64,000 nt of DNA from a bacterium (GTDB lineage Bacteria > SAR324 > XYD2-FULL-50-16). Both the position numbers and the translations under genes were made by a program. Each line of letters starts with the position of its first letter. Positions within the stretch are counted from its first letter, which is position 1. This document shows, piece after piece, positions 48,948 to 58,792 of the stretch. The notes beneath the pieces are model-generated. The model was given only the letters and a program-made list of their open reading frames with translations. It was not told the origin of the DNA and ran no database searches. Location: contig JAVVEA010000002.1 in the NCBI GenBank assembly GCA_032250835.1, positions 54,498 to 118,497 on the forward strand, in the 5' to 3' direction.

Positions 48948-50888
48948 ATGAACCTGCCGCTAACCAAAATCTTTGTATTCCTCTGGATCGGCCTGATCGG
49001 TGCCCCGGCACTCTGGGCCAGCCCGGAGCCAATCGCCTTTCAGCTCTATTCGGTGGAGTCTGGTAAAGAGCTAAGCGCCCAAGCGGTAGCCGACAGCCCG
49101 GACCTATTTTCAGCGCCGCAAACCTTCGTCAACTTGGGTTATGACCGCCGAGTCCACTGGTTACGTTTCAAACTAGACCTCAAGCACCCGCAGGTCTTGT
49201 CTCAGCGGTTTTGGTTTCCCCATCAATTTGACCTCTACCACCTACATCAGGGACGCGCGATTCCGGTCCACTCCACCGGCAGCCTCACCCCCTTGAGCCA
49301 AAGACCCATCCCCAACAAGGACCTCCTGTTTCCCATAGAGCCAGAAGGTCCCGCAGAATACCTGATCCGTGCCGAAGGAGACCAATGGATGGTCTTTGAG
49401 TTGCAGCTTTGGGATTGGAGCGACTTGCTTCGGTCCCAAAATCTAGAGCGCTCCATCTTCATGGCACTCTTCGGCGGCGTGCTGTTGGTGGTCTTTTACC
49501 AACTCACCTTATTTTTTGAGTCCAAAGACCCGTTGTTTTTGAGTTATTCGGCCTATCTGCTCATCGCGGGTTTTATTCTGTTCGTGCATTCGGGCCTGTC
49601 TCGTGAACTGCTTTGGACCGATTCCACCTGGGCCCCGGCTTGGGCCTCAGGGCTTTGTTTTGTGGCCGGAGCGGCGGCTATGCTGCTCTTTACCCGACTA
49701 CTGCTGAACACCCAAAAGAAACTCCCCCGCCTGGACCCTTGGCTTTGGATCGGCTACTTACCCATCGCCCTATATGGCTTCGCCCCCTTTATGAGTACCG
49801 GAGGATTCGAGCAACTGGCGGTAAATTACTTGGGCCTAATCAACTTCTTAACTTTGGTTTTGGCCTTGCTCTGTTTCCCCAAAAATCCCGGCTTAACGCT
49901 GCGATTTTTAAGCGGCTGGATTTTTTTGCTCTTTGGGGGAACTTCCGTGATTCTCCTGTCCCACGCCTTAATCCCCTTGAATGACGTAACCTTTTACGGG
50001 GTTTACTTTGGCGCATTTTTCCAACTGGGGTTCTTCAGTTTCGCCGTATCCGGTCGCTTTGGCGAGCTTAGGCGCAGCAGCGAAAAAGCCCAAGCAGAAC
50101 TGCTACAGGCCACCAAGCGGCACGCAGGCGAATTAGAGGCACGCATCACTGCGCGGACCTTGGAGTTGTCCTTGGCGAACCGCCGCTTGCTTAAGCTCAA
50201 CCGAGAGCAGGGCGAGTTCCTGCAAATCGCCGCCCATGATCTCAAGACACCACTCAACGCCATCGGGGGTTTTTCCGAACTGCTGCAAGCCGCAGACGTC
50301 AGCTTAGCAGAGCGCCAGGAGTACGCCCGCTATATCAGTGATTCGGCCAACAATTTGGGTGAGCTGGTCCACAACCTGCTCGACGTGCAGAAGATCGAAG
50401 AGTCAACGGCCCAGCTGCCGCTGAAGCTATTAGACCCCGCCGATGCGGTGGACGAAACCTTGCGCCGCTATGGGCTTTTGGCGAAAGGCAAAGGCATCAC
50501 GTTACAGTTAAAGGTACAGCGGGGACTATTGATCAAAGCCCACAACGAATGGCTTCAAGAGGTCTTAGCCAACCTAACAAGCAACGCCCTCAAATTCTCA
50601 CCCAAAGGCGGGCAGGTGCTGATCGAGTTGGCTGAATCTAAGGGGCAGGTTGAACTGGCCGTAAGCGACAACGGACCGGGCATTAGCCCGCCAGAGCAAG
50701 AGGGCCTATTCGCCAAATTTGCCCGCGGTACGGCCCAATCGACGGGCGGCGAAAGTTCCAGCGGCTTGGGGCTGTATATTGTCAAAAAAATGACCGACGC
50801 CATGGGCGGTCAGGTTTTGGTCCAAAGCCAACCGGGCCAGGGGGCTAAATTCAGCCTACGCTTTGCTTTAGAAAGGGCGGCGGGTTGA
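48948..50888 (+). CDS. Sensor histidine kinase with a 7TM-DISM-type receptor region
   Basis: Signal peptide, NLGY...WLRF extracellular domain, about 7 TMs, AAHDLKTPL H-box, NALKF, DNGPG, GLGL. Confidence 0.9.
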   Translation: MNLPLTKIFVFLWIGLIGAPALWASPEPIAFQLYSVESGKELSAQAVADSPDLFSAPQTFVNLGYDRRVHWLRFKLDLKHPQVLSQRFWFPHQFDLYHLHQGRAIPVHSTGSLTPLSQRPIPNKDLLFPIEPEGPAEYLIRAEGDQWMVFELQLWDWSDLLRSQNLERSIFMALFGGVLLVVFYQLTLFFESKDPLFLSYSAYLLIAGFILFVHSGLSRELLWTDSTWAPAWASGLCFVAGAAAMLLFTRLLLNTQKKLPRLDPWLWIGYLPIALYGFAPFMSTGGFEQLAVNYLGLINFLTLVLALLCFPKNPGLTLRFLSGWIFLLFGGTSVILLSHALIPLNDVTFYGVYFGAFFQLGFFSFAVSGRFGELRRSSEKAQAELLQATKRHAGELEARITARTLELSLANRRLLKLNREQGEFLQIAAHDLKTPLNAIGGFSELLQAADVSLAERQEYARYISDSANNLGELVHNLLDVQKIEESTAQLPLKLLDPADAVDETLRRYGLLAKGKGITLQLKVQRGLLIKAHNEWLQEVLANLTSNALKFSPKGGQVLIELAESKGQVELAVSDNGPGISPPEQEGLFAKFARGTAQSTGGESSSGLGLYIVKKMTDAMGGQVLVQSQPGQGAKFSLRFALERAAG

Positions 50889-51480
50889 CCAAGGCCGCGA
50901 ATAGGGGGCTTTCGAAGAGGCCGGTGACGAAGTCCAGATAAGAGACCTGCACTGGGCTGCGCTCGGCTCCGGCAAAGTAGAGCGCCTCTTGAGGCTCCCT
51001 TCGGGCCAGCTCCAGCCGATGGGGCTCAATCGCCAACATGCCAATCACCTCGTTGTCACAAAACCGATAATCCGCTAAGGGCTGGTTCGCAAAACAACGC
51101 CAGTCTTCGATCCACTCGTAGTCTTCGTAACCGCCGGGCAGGCTGAAGTGGAAGGGGTTGTAGCCCAGGCGTTCCATCTGGGCAGGTAAAACCACCAAGC
51201 CAATTTCCTCTTGGGCCTCACGGGTAAGGGCCTCAATCCCTTCACCGCTCGTCACATGCCCCCCTACCGTGGGGCCAAACTGACCGGGGAAGTTGGGTTT
51301 TTCAAAGCTACGCTGTTGGAACAACAAGACCAAGCGCCCCTCAAGGCGGGTGTAAACCCAGAGGTGCATGGCGCGGTGGGCGATGCCTTGCCGGTGGGCA
51401 TCACCACGCAAAACCTGCCTGCCTGTAGGCAAACCGGTCTTCCAGTCCAATTCGTCGAGTACTTCTTGCGTCTTGGTCAT
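50851..51480 (-). CDS. Nudix hydrolase (IPP isomerase-like subfamily)
   Basis: HRAMHLWV, LFQQRS..K, GGHVTSGE...REAQEEIGL Nudix box. Confidence 0.85.
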   Translation of the reverse strand: MTKTQEVLDELDWKTGLPTGRQVLRGDAHRQGIAHRAMHLWVYTRLEGRLVLLFQQRSFEKPNFPGQFGPTVGGHVTSGEGIEALTREAQEEIGLVVLPAQMERLGYNPFHFSLPGGYEDYEWIEDWRCFANQPLADYRFCDNEVIGMLAIEPHRLELARREPQEALYFAGAERSPVQVSYLDFVTGLFESPLFAALVNPPPFLKQSVG

Positions 51481-51483
51481 GCT

Positions 51484-51512
51484 TTGACTAACTGTGGGAT
51501 TTGGCCTAAGAT
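51484..51512 (+). promoter_or_regulatory. Putative sigma70 promoter of yjbQ-proA-rnhA
   Basis: TTGACT-17 bp-TAAGAT about 20 bp upstream of the start codon. Confidence 0.55.
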
Positions 51513-51532
51513 AGGGCTTCTTTTATAGGTTA

Positions 51533-51943
51533 ATGATGGCTTGCCAAGAATTCAAGCTGCAAGTGCTAACCCGCGAGCACAGCGGTTTTACCGAGATCAC
51601 CGCCGAGGTCAACCGGATCTTGCGCGAAAAGCGCTGGACCCAAGGTTTGGTCCATCTCTTTGTGATGCACACCACCTGCGGCTTGACGATCAACGAGAAC
51701 GCCGACCCGGATGTCTTAAAGGACCTAAACGGACGGCTCGAAGAGTCCTTTCCTTGGAGCCGAGGAGCCGACCTCCATGGCGAAGGCAATTCGGCAGCCC
51801 ATTTAAAAAGCTCCCTATTCGGCCCCAGTCTTTCGATACCAGTACACCAAAACGGATTGGTACTGGGCCGCTGGCAGGGCGTTTACCTCTGCGAGTTCGA
51901 CGGCCCGCGAACCCGGCAGGTCTATTTGACCTTCTTAAACTAA
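51533..51943 (+). CDS. yjbQ: YjbQ / UPF0047 family protein
   Basis: HTTCGLTINENADPDV, NSAAHLKS, LGRWQGVYLCEFDGPR. Confidence 0.92.
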   Translation: MMACQEFKLQVLTREHSGFTEITAEVNRILREKRWTQGLVHLFVMHTTCGLTINENADPDVLKDLNGRLEESFPWSRGADLHGEGNSAAHLKSSLFGPSLSIPVHQNGLVLGRWQGVYLCEFDGPRTRQVYLTFLN

Positions 51944-51956
51944 CCACCGGAGTTTC

Positions 51957-53267
51957 ATGCTCTCAGCGACCACCGAAAAGTGCCGCAAGGCGCGACAGGT
52001 TTCCAATAAACTGTCCAACTTAGACCGCGAGACCAAAGACGGCCTGCTCGGCAAAATCGCCGAGGCCATCTCCGCCAACAAAGCCGCGATCAGCGAAGCC
52101 AATGCCAAAGATGTCACGGCGGCGCAAGCACTGTTGGAGCAAGGCGAGATCAGCGCTGCGTTGTTTAGCCGGCTACAATTGCCTGAGCATAAGATCGACC
52201 AGTTGGTGACCTACCTACTAGAAGTGGCCAAGTTAGAAGACCCCATCGGCCAGACCCAATACGCCATGATGCTCGACGATGGCCTGGAACTAACCCGGGT
52301 CAGTTGCCCTATCGGCGTTTTAGCGGTGCTCTTTGAAGCCCGGCCAGAAGTGGTGATCCAGGTTTCTGCGCTTTCTTTAAAATCCGGCAATGCAGTGATT
52401 TTAAAAGGAGGCTCTGAGGCAGCCCACAGCAACCGGGTCCTCTTCGACCTGATCCATCAGGTATACGCAGAAGCCGGACTGGCCGGTGGCGTGGCCTTGA
52501 TCGAAACCCGTCAGGATGTGGCGGAAATCTTGACCGAGGAAGACAGCATCGACTTGATCATCCCCCGAGGTTCCAATGCCTTTGTGCGCTTCATCCAAGA
52601 GCACAGCCGCATCCCCGTTTTGGGGCATTCTGAAGGGATCTGCCACCTATACATCGATGCCGACTGCGACCCCAAGATGGCCGCCTCGATTGCCGTGGAT
52701 TCAAAGACCGACTACCCTTCGGCCTGTAATGCCGTAGAGAACCTGCTCTTTGATGTAGACTGCCACGACAGCTTGATCCATGAAGTCTTATCCGCTTTAG
52801 CCGAAGCGGGCGTGGCCCTGCGCGCCGACGCGGCGACCCGCGACCGAATCAGCGACCTCCCGATGGAAGCAGCGGTAGACGAGGACTTCCGCACCGAATA
52901 TTCAGATCTGATCCTTTCGGTGAAGATGGTGGCGAACCTAGACGAAGCCATCGACTTCATCAACCAGTACGGCAGCCACCATACCGACAGCATCGTCACC
53001 CGAGACCTACACAAAGCCGAGAGCTTCTTTAGCCGGGTGGACTCAGCCTGTGTCTTCCACAACGCCTCGACCCGCTTCAGTGACGGCTATGTCTTCGGGC
53101 TTGGGGCCGAAGTGGGCATCAGCACCAACAAGACCCACGCCCGCGGCCCGGTGGGCCTTGAAGGCTTGGTGATCTATAAATACCTGCTTAAAGGCAAGGG
53201 ACAACTCAAAGCGGTCTATTCGGGAGAAAATGCCAAGCCCTTTATCCACCTCCCCCTGCCCTATTGA
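51957..53267 (+). CDS. proA: Gamma-glutamyl phosphate reductase
   Basis: FEARP, LKGGSEA, IIPRG, ACNAVE, GSHHTDSI, NASTRF, HARGPVGL. Confidence 0.96.
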   Translation: MLSATTEKCRKARQVSNKLSNLDRETKDGLLGKIAEAISANKAAISEANAKDVTAAQALLEQGEISAALFSRLQLPEHKIDQLVTYLLEVAKLEDPIGQTQYAMMLDDGLELTRVSCPIGVLAVLFEARPEVVIQVSALSLKSGNAVILKGGSEAAHSNRVLFDLIHQVYAEAGLAGGVALIETRQDVAEILTEEDSIDLIIPRGSNAFVRFIQEHSRIPVLGHSEGICHLYIDADCDPKMAASIAVDSKTDYPSACNAVENLLFDVDCHDSLIHEVLSALAEAGVALRADAATRDRISDLPMEAAVDEDFRTEYSDLILSVKMVANLDEAIDFINQYGSHHTDSIVTRDLHKAESFFSRVDSACVFHNASTRFSDGYVFGLGAEVGISTNKTHARGPVGLEGLVIYKYLLKGKGQLKAVYSGENAKPFIHLPLPY

Positions 53268-53914
53268 TGGAACGCCTGATCGACAAAGCCCAAGCGCTGG
53301 CCGATGCGTTGGCCGATGAATTTCTTTCGGCCAATGCCGCGCGGCGCATGGACGAACTTTTAGACTTAGCCTTTGATATCTTAGAAGGCGACGAAGGCCA
53401 GCGGCCCACCGCCGAACCCGTTGCGCAAGCACCTAGCACCCCCCCGGCCTCAAGGCCCCAGGCCCGTCAAAGCCCTTTGCAGGGCAAGGGTGATTTTCGG
53501 GTTTATTCGGACGGTAGCTGTGAAGGCAATCCCGGCCCCGGCGGCTGGGGCTGCATTGTCGAGCAAGGGGGAGTGGAACAGGAATATTCTGGCGGTGCCA
53601 AGCAGACCACCAACAACCTGATGGAGATGACCGCCGCCCTACAGGGCCTACGCCAAACCCCCAAGGGTGCGGTGGTCGAGGTGATCACCGACAGCCAATA
53701 TTTGGTCAAGGGCATGAGCCAATGGCTGGCGGGCTGGAAGAAAAAGAATTGGAAGAAGGCCGACGGAAACCCGGTGCTCAACCGGGAGCTTTGGGAAGCG
53801 CTGGATCAGGCCGCTTCAGAACGCAAAGTACGCTGGACCTGGGTCAAGGGCCACGCTGGCCACGCCGAAAACGAGCGCTGCGACGAATTAGCTCGCCTCG
53901 CGGTGCCCCGCTAG
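53267..53914 (+). CDS. rnhA: Ribonuclease HI with an N-terminal extension
   Basis: YSDGSCEGNPGPGGWG, TTNNLME, TDSQY, WVKGHAGHAENERCDELA. TGATG coupling to proA. Confidence 0.95.
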   Translation: MERLIDKAQALADALADEFLSANAARRMDELLDLAFDILEGDEGQRPTAEPVAQAPSTPPASRPQARQSPLQGKGDFRVYSDGSCEGNPGPGGWGCIVEQGGVEQEYSGGAKQTTNNLMEMTAALQGLRQTPKGAVVEVITDSQYLVKGMSQWLAGWKKKNWKKADGNPVLNRELWEALDQAASERKVRWTWVKGHAGHAENERCDELARLAVPR

Positions 53915-56733
53915 CTGGCCTTTTCTTTGGTCTCAGCGCTCTGTTTCAACTGATCAAAAAAGGCTTTTTTGAACATCGCGGCCAAGTCGTCTTCCTTCTG
54001 TTTGGGCTTATTGCCCGGATGGCCGGTGCGGGCGCTGTGGGGATTGACCCAGAAGGTCAGCTTCTGTTGGTTCGCCGCAGAAAGCGGAAACTTTTGGGCC
54101 TTAAAAAACATGCGTAGCGTCTTAAACAGCGCCGCATGGCCTAACAAGACATCATAGGCTTGATAATAGTCGTCAGCCGCCTTTTCCAGTTCTGGATGGT
54201 CAAACTGGTCTACATACCAGACCTTCATGTTGTCCCGATACATCACCGTCAAACTACCAAACTCCAATAAGTTGAGACAGATAAAGACCTCGGTGATTTC
54301 GCGCTCCTTATAGATACAATCACGATAATCATATTCTTGGGGCGGGAAGTTGCGGTCCACCCGTTCCACCATGCGTTCCACCAAGTCGGGGGTGATGTAA
54401 CAGAAGGTGTTGGCGGTGCGTTTGCCTAGGTTCATGTTGGTGGCCACCAACTCCAGCTGGGTGGTCCGCTGGAACAGGGTTCCTTTATTGAACACACCGT
54501 AATAGCCGTTCATCATACAATGGGCAATACCATGCAAGAAATTTCGGTGCCTATAAAGGGTCACCTTTTCGGGTAAATGCTCTAGCGCTTCGGCACTGAA
54601 GTTCCCCTGTCCTGCATCCTTTTTTTGGACCGATTGGAAGAACCATTGGCGTTTGTCTTGATCAAAACCAATCTGTAAGCGGTCACGCGCCACCTTGAGG
54701 TGGCTTAAAATATCGGGGCGGACCACGTTACGGGCCGGCTCGAAGTGCTTCTGGTAATAATGGTACCAGATGCGGAATTCGTCGCGGTTGGTTTGGTCGC
54801 CGCCAGGGCTCTCGTCGACTATCTTTAAGACCCGCGCCATGCTGTTTTTAAAGAGCCGCTTTAGGTCTTCTTCAAAGAGGTCCACCGCCTGGACCTCGCC
54901 CATAAAGATGTGCTCCAAGCGCACCCGTTGGGTCATCGGGAAAGCCTTGTCTAAAAACTGCCGTAAGACCTGCTCGCGGTAGGTCATCTCTAGGTTTTTC
55001 TTAGGCGGCCCAAAAACGTCAGAAACCCGCACGTGCAGCGCAAAGCCCAGATCAATGATCTCACTGATCAGGTCGCGTTCCGCCTGATCAGGAATCCGCT
55101 CTTCTGCGGCGGCAAAGCCGATTTTTAGGGCCTTATAGCGCATCCACCAAGGGTCTTCTTGCAACCGTTGGAACCGTTGTTCCAACTTGAAAAGTTCTTC
55201 GCTGCGCAGGCCGCCCTTAAAGTCTTCTTCTGAATAAATGGCCCCTTCGTCTTGGTGCGATTCGGTGCGCAGGATGCCGTAGTCTGCAAAGAAGTCGGCC
55301 TCTTCCTCTTCGGCGGCGTCCTCTTCAGCCGGGACCTCTTCGGCATCCGGGGCCAGCACATACCTATCGAGCCGTTCGGGCTCTTTGATCAGCTCCATGA
55401 TGCTGATGTTAAAGCGGCTGTCGAAGAGCATCTCAAGGCGCAGTAGGTTCAATAGTGCCTTGGGCAGGTTGCCCGAACTAGCCTTAAAGGACTCCCAATA
55501 GATCGCCCCAGAGTGGGCCACCATGTAATCCAAAGTCAGGGGCGGCGTCGAGCCCAGGTCCACCAAATGCCGCTTAAAAGGATCGTAAATGGAGATGAAG
55601 TGGAACCGCAGATAATTTACCAGTTTTTCGTACTGCTTGCGGTTGCTGTTGACCTCATCAGGCATCAGGAAATGGATCGGGATCATCGGCGTAAACTGGA
55701 TCCCCGGCATCAAGGTCTCGTAGTTGAGGATCAACTCATAGGCCGAGCCGGACGCCTCTTTGGACTCCAAGGTGGTGCCGTGTTTGCCGTCGCGGTAGTC
55801 ATCGTTGGAATAGGCGAAGAGGTAGACTTCGGCGTCGGGAAACTTTTCTTGGATGTAGGTTTGGATGCGGTGGATGCGGTTCTTTAAGACCGCGTCTAAG
55901 TCCAACCGCTCTTTCTTTTGACAAAACTTCTGGTATTGGCTGGCAACGCCAATGATCTCGTGGATCAGTTCCACCTTCTGGGAGCCTGCTATCTTGCCAC
56001 TGCCGGTGCGGGCGACTAGGGTGTTAAACAAGATGGGGTAGCGCTTCTTAAAGTGGGCCTTGCCCGCCGCCATCAGCTCGCTGCGGACCTCTGGTTTCTT
56101 GAGATCCTCACGTTTATATTTCTTCTTCGCCCCATGGACTCGCCCGAAGTAGTGGATCAGCTCCTTAGCGTAGCCAAAGAGCTTTGGGTCGCTCAGCTCT
56201 TCTTGCTTGAAAAGAAAGGGGGCCAGCTCATATTGGACCTGAAGGTCCAGGTCGCTTTTGCCCTTCTTGTGCCCCACCGTACCGATCGAGCCCAAACTGG
56301 CCACCGAATAGATGGGAAGAAAACCTTCAATGTGAGGTAGGTCGTGGCCAAACTCTGCGGTGATGTAGGCTTCGAAGTCTTCTTTGAAGCGCGGGCTCAG
56401 GTCGTGGATACCCAACACCCCGGCGGGACAACCCTCAACATACAGTTCAGCGCTTTTTTCTACCTCCACTTCCTTGAGCCGCCCGTCTACCTTTTGTATC
56501 TCTACACAGGTATATTTATGTTGGGCAAACTTGGGGTCGTTGACGTGCAAAAAGAAGAGGATCTCGTAGAGCGCCTTCTTCATGGGCTCATCAAAGTTGG
56601 AGAACGCCAGCTGCATCCGGGAGTCGTTAAATTCCTTAAAGAATTTAGCGCCCCGTTCGACGGCCCGCGAAAGCTCGTCTTGCTTCGCTTGGCCTAGCCG
56701 GATGCTGTTGGTTAGCTGGTTATAGAGCGCCAT
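53911..56733 (-). CDS. Class I adenylate cyclase-like nucleotidyltransferase
   Basis: SLGSIGTVGH...SDLDL resembles the class I cyclase GS..S.G...SDLD motif; also KALLNLLRLE and DPWWM; 940 aa. Confidence 0.7.
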   Translation of the reverse strand: MALYNQLTNSIRLGQAKQDELSRAVERGAKFFKEFNDSRMQLAFSNFDEPMKKALYEILFFLHVNDPKFAQHKYTCVEIQKVDGRLKEVEVEKSAELYVEGCPAGVLGIHDLSPRFKEDFEAYITAEFGHDLPHIEGFLPIYSVASLGSIGTVGHKKGKSDLDLQVQYELAPFLFKQEELSDPKLFGYAKELIHYFGRVHGAKKKYKREDLKKPEVRSELMAAGKAHFKKRYPILFNTLVARTGSGKIAGSQKVELIHEIIGVASQYQKFCQKKERLDLDAVLKNRIHRIQTYIQEKFPDAEVYLFAYSNDDYRDGKHGTTLESKEASGSAYELILNYETLMPGIQFTPMIPIHFLMPDEVNSNRKQYEKLVNYLRFHFISIYDPFKRHLVDLGSTPPLTLDYMVAHSGAIYWESFKASSGNLPKALLNLLRLEMLFDSRFNISIMELIKEPERLDRYVLAPDAEEVPAEEDAAEEEEADFFADYGILRTESHQDEGAIYSEEDFKGGLRSEELFKLEQRFQRLQEDPWWMRYKALKIGFAAAEERIPDQAERDLISEIIDLGFALHVRVSDVFGPPKKNLEMTYREQVLRQFLDKAFPMTQRVRLEHIFMGEVQAVDLFEEDLKRLFKNSMARVLKIVDESPGGDQTNRDEFRIWYHYYQKHFEPARNVVRPDILSHLKVARDRLQIGFDQDKRQWFFQSVQKKDAGQGNFSAEALEHLPEKVTLYRHRNFLHGIAHCMMNGYYGVFNKGTLFQRTTQLELVATNMNLGKRTANTFCYITPDLVERMVERVDRNFPPQEYDYRDCIYKEREITEVFICLNLLEFGSLTVMYRDNMKVWYVDQFDHPELEKAADDYYQAYDVLLGHAALFKTLRMFFKAQKFPLSAANQQKLTFWVNPHSARTGHPGNKPKQKEDDLAAMFKKAFFDQLKQSAETKEKAS

Positions 56734-56738
56734 AGCCT

Positions 56739-57503
56739 TTAGCGGACCTGTCCGAGGAAGGTTTCTAGGGCCGCGGCCCCGGATTGCTCATGCAGGGTGA
56801 TCAGCTTACTGCCGATCACCGCGATGTCCACTTTACCCGTCAAAAAGGCCACGTCTTCGGCAGACTTAACCCCAAAACCCAGCGCCAAGGGCAGGTCGGT
56901 AGCCGCGCGGTAGCGGTCAATCTGGGCCTCAATGCCCTCGCCGAAGTCGGTGTTCAAACCGGTTACTCCCTTACGGCCTACCGAATAAACCAAGCCCCTA
57001 GATTCACGCCCGATCCGTTCCAACCTCGATTGGGTACTGGTCGGGGCCATGATCAACACGTTGTCCATTGCGGCCTCTTCGCAGGCCGCCCGCCAATCTT
57101 CGGATTCCTCAGGCGGCAGGTCGGGGATGATAAACCCCTTAAGCCCGACGGCCTTAGACTGCTGTAAAAACTCCGCCTCACCTTTAGCAAAGACGATATT
57201 AGCGTAGGTCATGAACAAGAAGCTCACCTCTGGATAGGCCCCGCATACCTTTTGGGCGAACGCAAAACACTGGGCCACCTTGGTGCCCGAAGCCAGCGAA
57301 GCGGCGTTGGCCTTGACGATTACCGGGCCATCGGCCGAGGGCTCCGAAAAGGGGATTTGCAGCTCGATCAGCTCCACCCCGGCGGCTGCCATGGCGGCAA
57401 TAGCCTTTTCGTTTTCCTCAAAACTCGGGTAACCCAAGACCAAATGGGTCATCAAAAGGATCGGACGCTTTTGGAGATGGGCTTGGATTTTAGTTTCCAG
57501 CAT
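56739..57503 (-). CDS. trpA: Tryptophan synthase alpha chain
   Basis: IELQIPFSEPSADGPVI, MTYAN, IIPDLP, GVTG, GFGV. Confidence 0.95.
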   Translation of the reverse strand: MLETKIQAHLQKRPILLMTHLVLGYPSFEENEKAIAAMAAAGVELIELQIPFSEPSADGPVIVKANAASLASGTKVAQCFAFAQKVCGAYPEVSFLFMTYANIVFAKGEAEFLQQSKAVGLKGFIIPDLPPEESEDWRAACEEAAMDNVLIMAPTSTQSRLERIGRESRGLVYSVGRKGVTGLNTDFGEGIEAQIDRYRAATDLPLALGFGVKSAEDVAFLTGKVDIAVIGSKLITLHEQSGAAALETFLGQVR

Positions 57504-58722
57504 AACCCCTCGCTTTGTGTTTGATAAATTCCTTCCACTTATCGTCACCGAAGGCATCGGCGATGGTGAAGATGTCTTTGTCGCCGCGCCCCGAAAGGTT
57601 AATCAAAATATTCTGATCCGGCGACAGGGTCTTGGCTTCTTTAAAGGCCTGGGCCAGGGCGTGGCTGGATTCTAAAGCGGGGATGATCCCTTCGTTGCGG
57701 ATCAGCAATTGGGCCGCTTCGATCACCTCCGCATCGGTGGCCGCCTCAAAGCGGACCCGGCCTGTTTCATGGTGGTGCGCTAAGATCGGGCTGACACCCA
57801 CATAGTCCAACCCAGCCGCCACCGAGTGGGTGTCTTTCATCTGGCCGTCTTCGTCTTGCAGAAACATGGTTTTATAGCCCACCACCCCAACGCGCGCGTC
57901 TTTACTGGCCAGCCGGGCTGCATGTTGACCCGTTTCGATGCCTTTACCGCCCGCCTCGACGCCGATCAACTCCACGTCTTCTTCGTTGAGGAAACCGGCA
58001 AAGATGCCCATAGCATTGGAGCCGCCGCCAACACAGGCATAGACCCGGTCAGGCTGCTTAAAAGTCAATTGGTGGAATTGGGCCTTCGCCTCGATGCCGA
58101 TAATCGACTGGAACCAACTGACCATCTCGGGAAAGGGATGAGGGCCGCAGGCGGTGCCTAAACAGTAATGGGTGCTGTCCATATTGCCCGCCCAATCACG
58201 GAAGGCCTCGTTGATGGCGTCTTTGAGCGTTTGGGTGCCGTCGGTGACCGCGACCACCTCCGCGCCCAATTGCTCCATCCAAAAAACATTGGGCCGTTGC
58301 CGCTCCACGTCCTCGGCCCCCATGTAAACCCGGCAGGAAAACCCAAACTTGGCGGCCATGGTGGCCGTAGCCACTCCATGTTGCCCCGCCCCGGTCTCGG
58401 CGATCACCCGCTTTTTGCCCATCCGGCGCATCAACAAGCCTTGGCCCATCACGTTGTTGGCCTTGTGCGCGCCCGTATGGTTGAGGTCCTCGCGCTTGAT
58501 ATAAATTTGTGCCCCGCCAAACTGACGGCTCAGGTTCTCGGCATAGGTGATCGGCGTGGGGCGGCATGAGTAGGTCTGCATCAAGCGGACATATTCCTGC
58601 CAAAAACTGGCGTCGGCACGGGCCTGCTGATAGACCACCTCTAGTTCGTCGAAGGTGGTCCGGAGGATTTCAGGGATGAACTGGCCACCGTAGGGACCAA
58701 AATAACCGACTTTTGGGCTCAT
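57490..58722 (-). CDS. trpB: Tryptophan synthase beta chain
   Basis: KREDLNHTGAHKANN, AETGAGQHG, GGGSNAMG, EGIIPALES, NLSGRGDKD. Confidence 0.97.
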   Translation of the reverse strand: MSPKVGYFGPYGGQFIPEILRTTFDELEVVYQQARADASFWQEYVRLMQTYSCRPTPITYAENLSRQFGGAQIYIKREDLNHTGAHKANNVMGQGLLMRRMGKKRVIAETGAGQHGVATATMAAKFGFSCRVYMGAEDVERQRPNVFWMEQLGAEVVAVTDGTQTLKDAINEAFRDWAGNMDSTHYCLGTACGPHPFPEMVSWFQSIIGIEAKAQFHQLTFKQPDRVYACVGGGSNAMGIFAGFLNEEDVELIGVEAGGKGIETGQHAARLASKDARVGVVGYKTMFLQDEDGQMKDTHSVAAGLDYVGVSPILAHHHETGRVRFEAATDAEVIEAAQLLIRNEGIIPALESSHALAQAFKEAKTLSPDQNILINLSGRGDKDIFTIADAFGDDKWKEFIKHKARGYAGN

Positions 58723-58792
58723 AATCTTTTAAGAGTCAAAGGAATGCAGCGTTGATTTTGCACCAACTTCGGGCTTTCTGGCAATTGCCGCT

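Noticed and set aside
53911-56733. CBASS-type cyclic oligonucleotide synthase (defence system)
   Set aside because: Size and motifs fit a class I adenylate cyclase better, and no effector or ancillary defence genes are adjacent.
58723-58792. trp attenuator or leader peptide upstream of trpB
   Set aside because: Only 70 bp, with no Trp-codon leader ORF or terminator hairpin.
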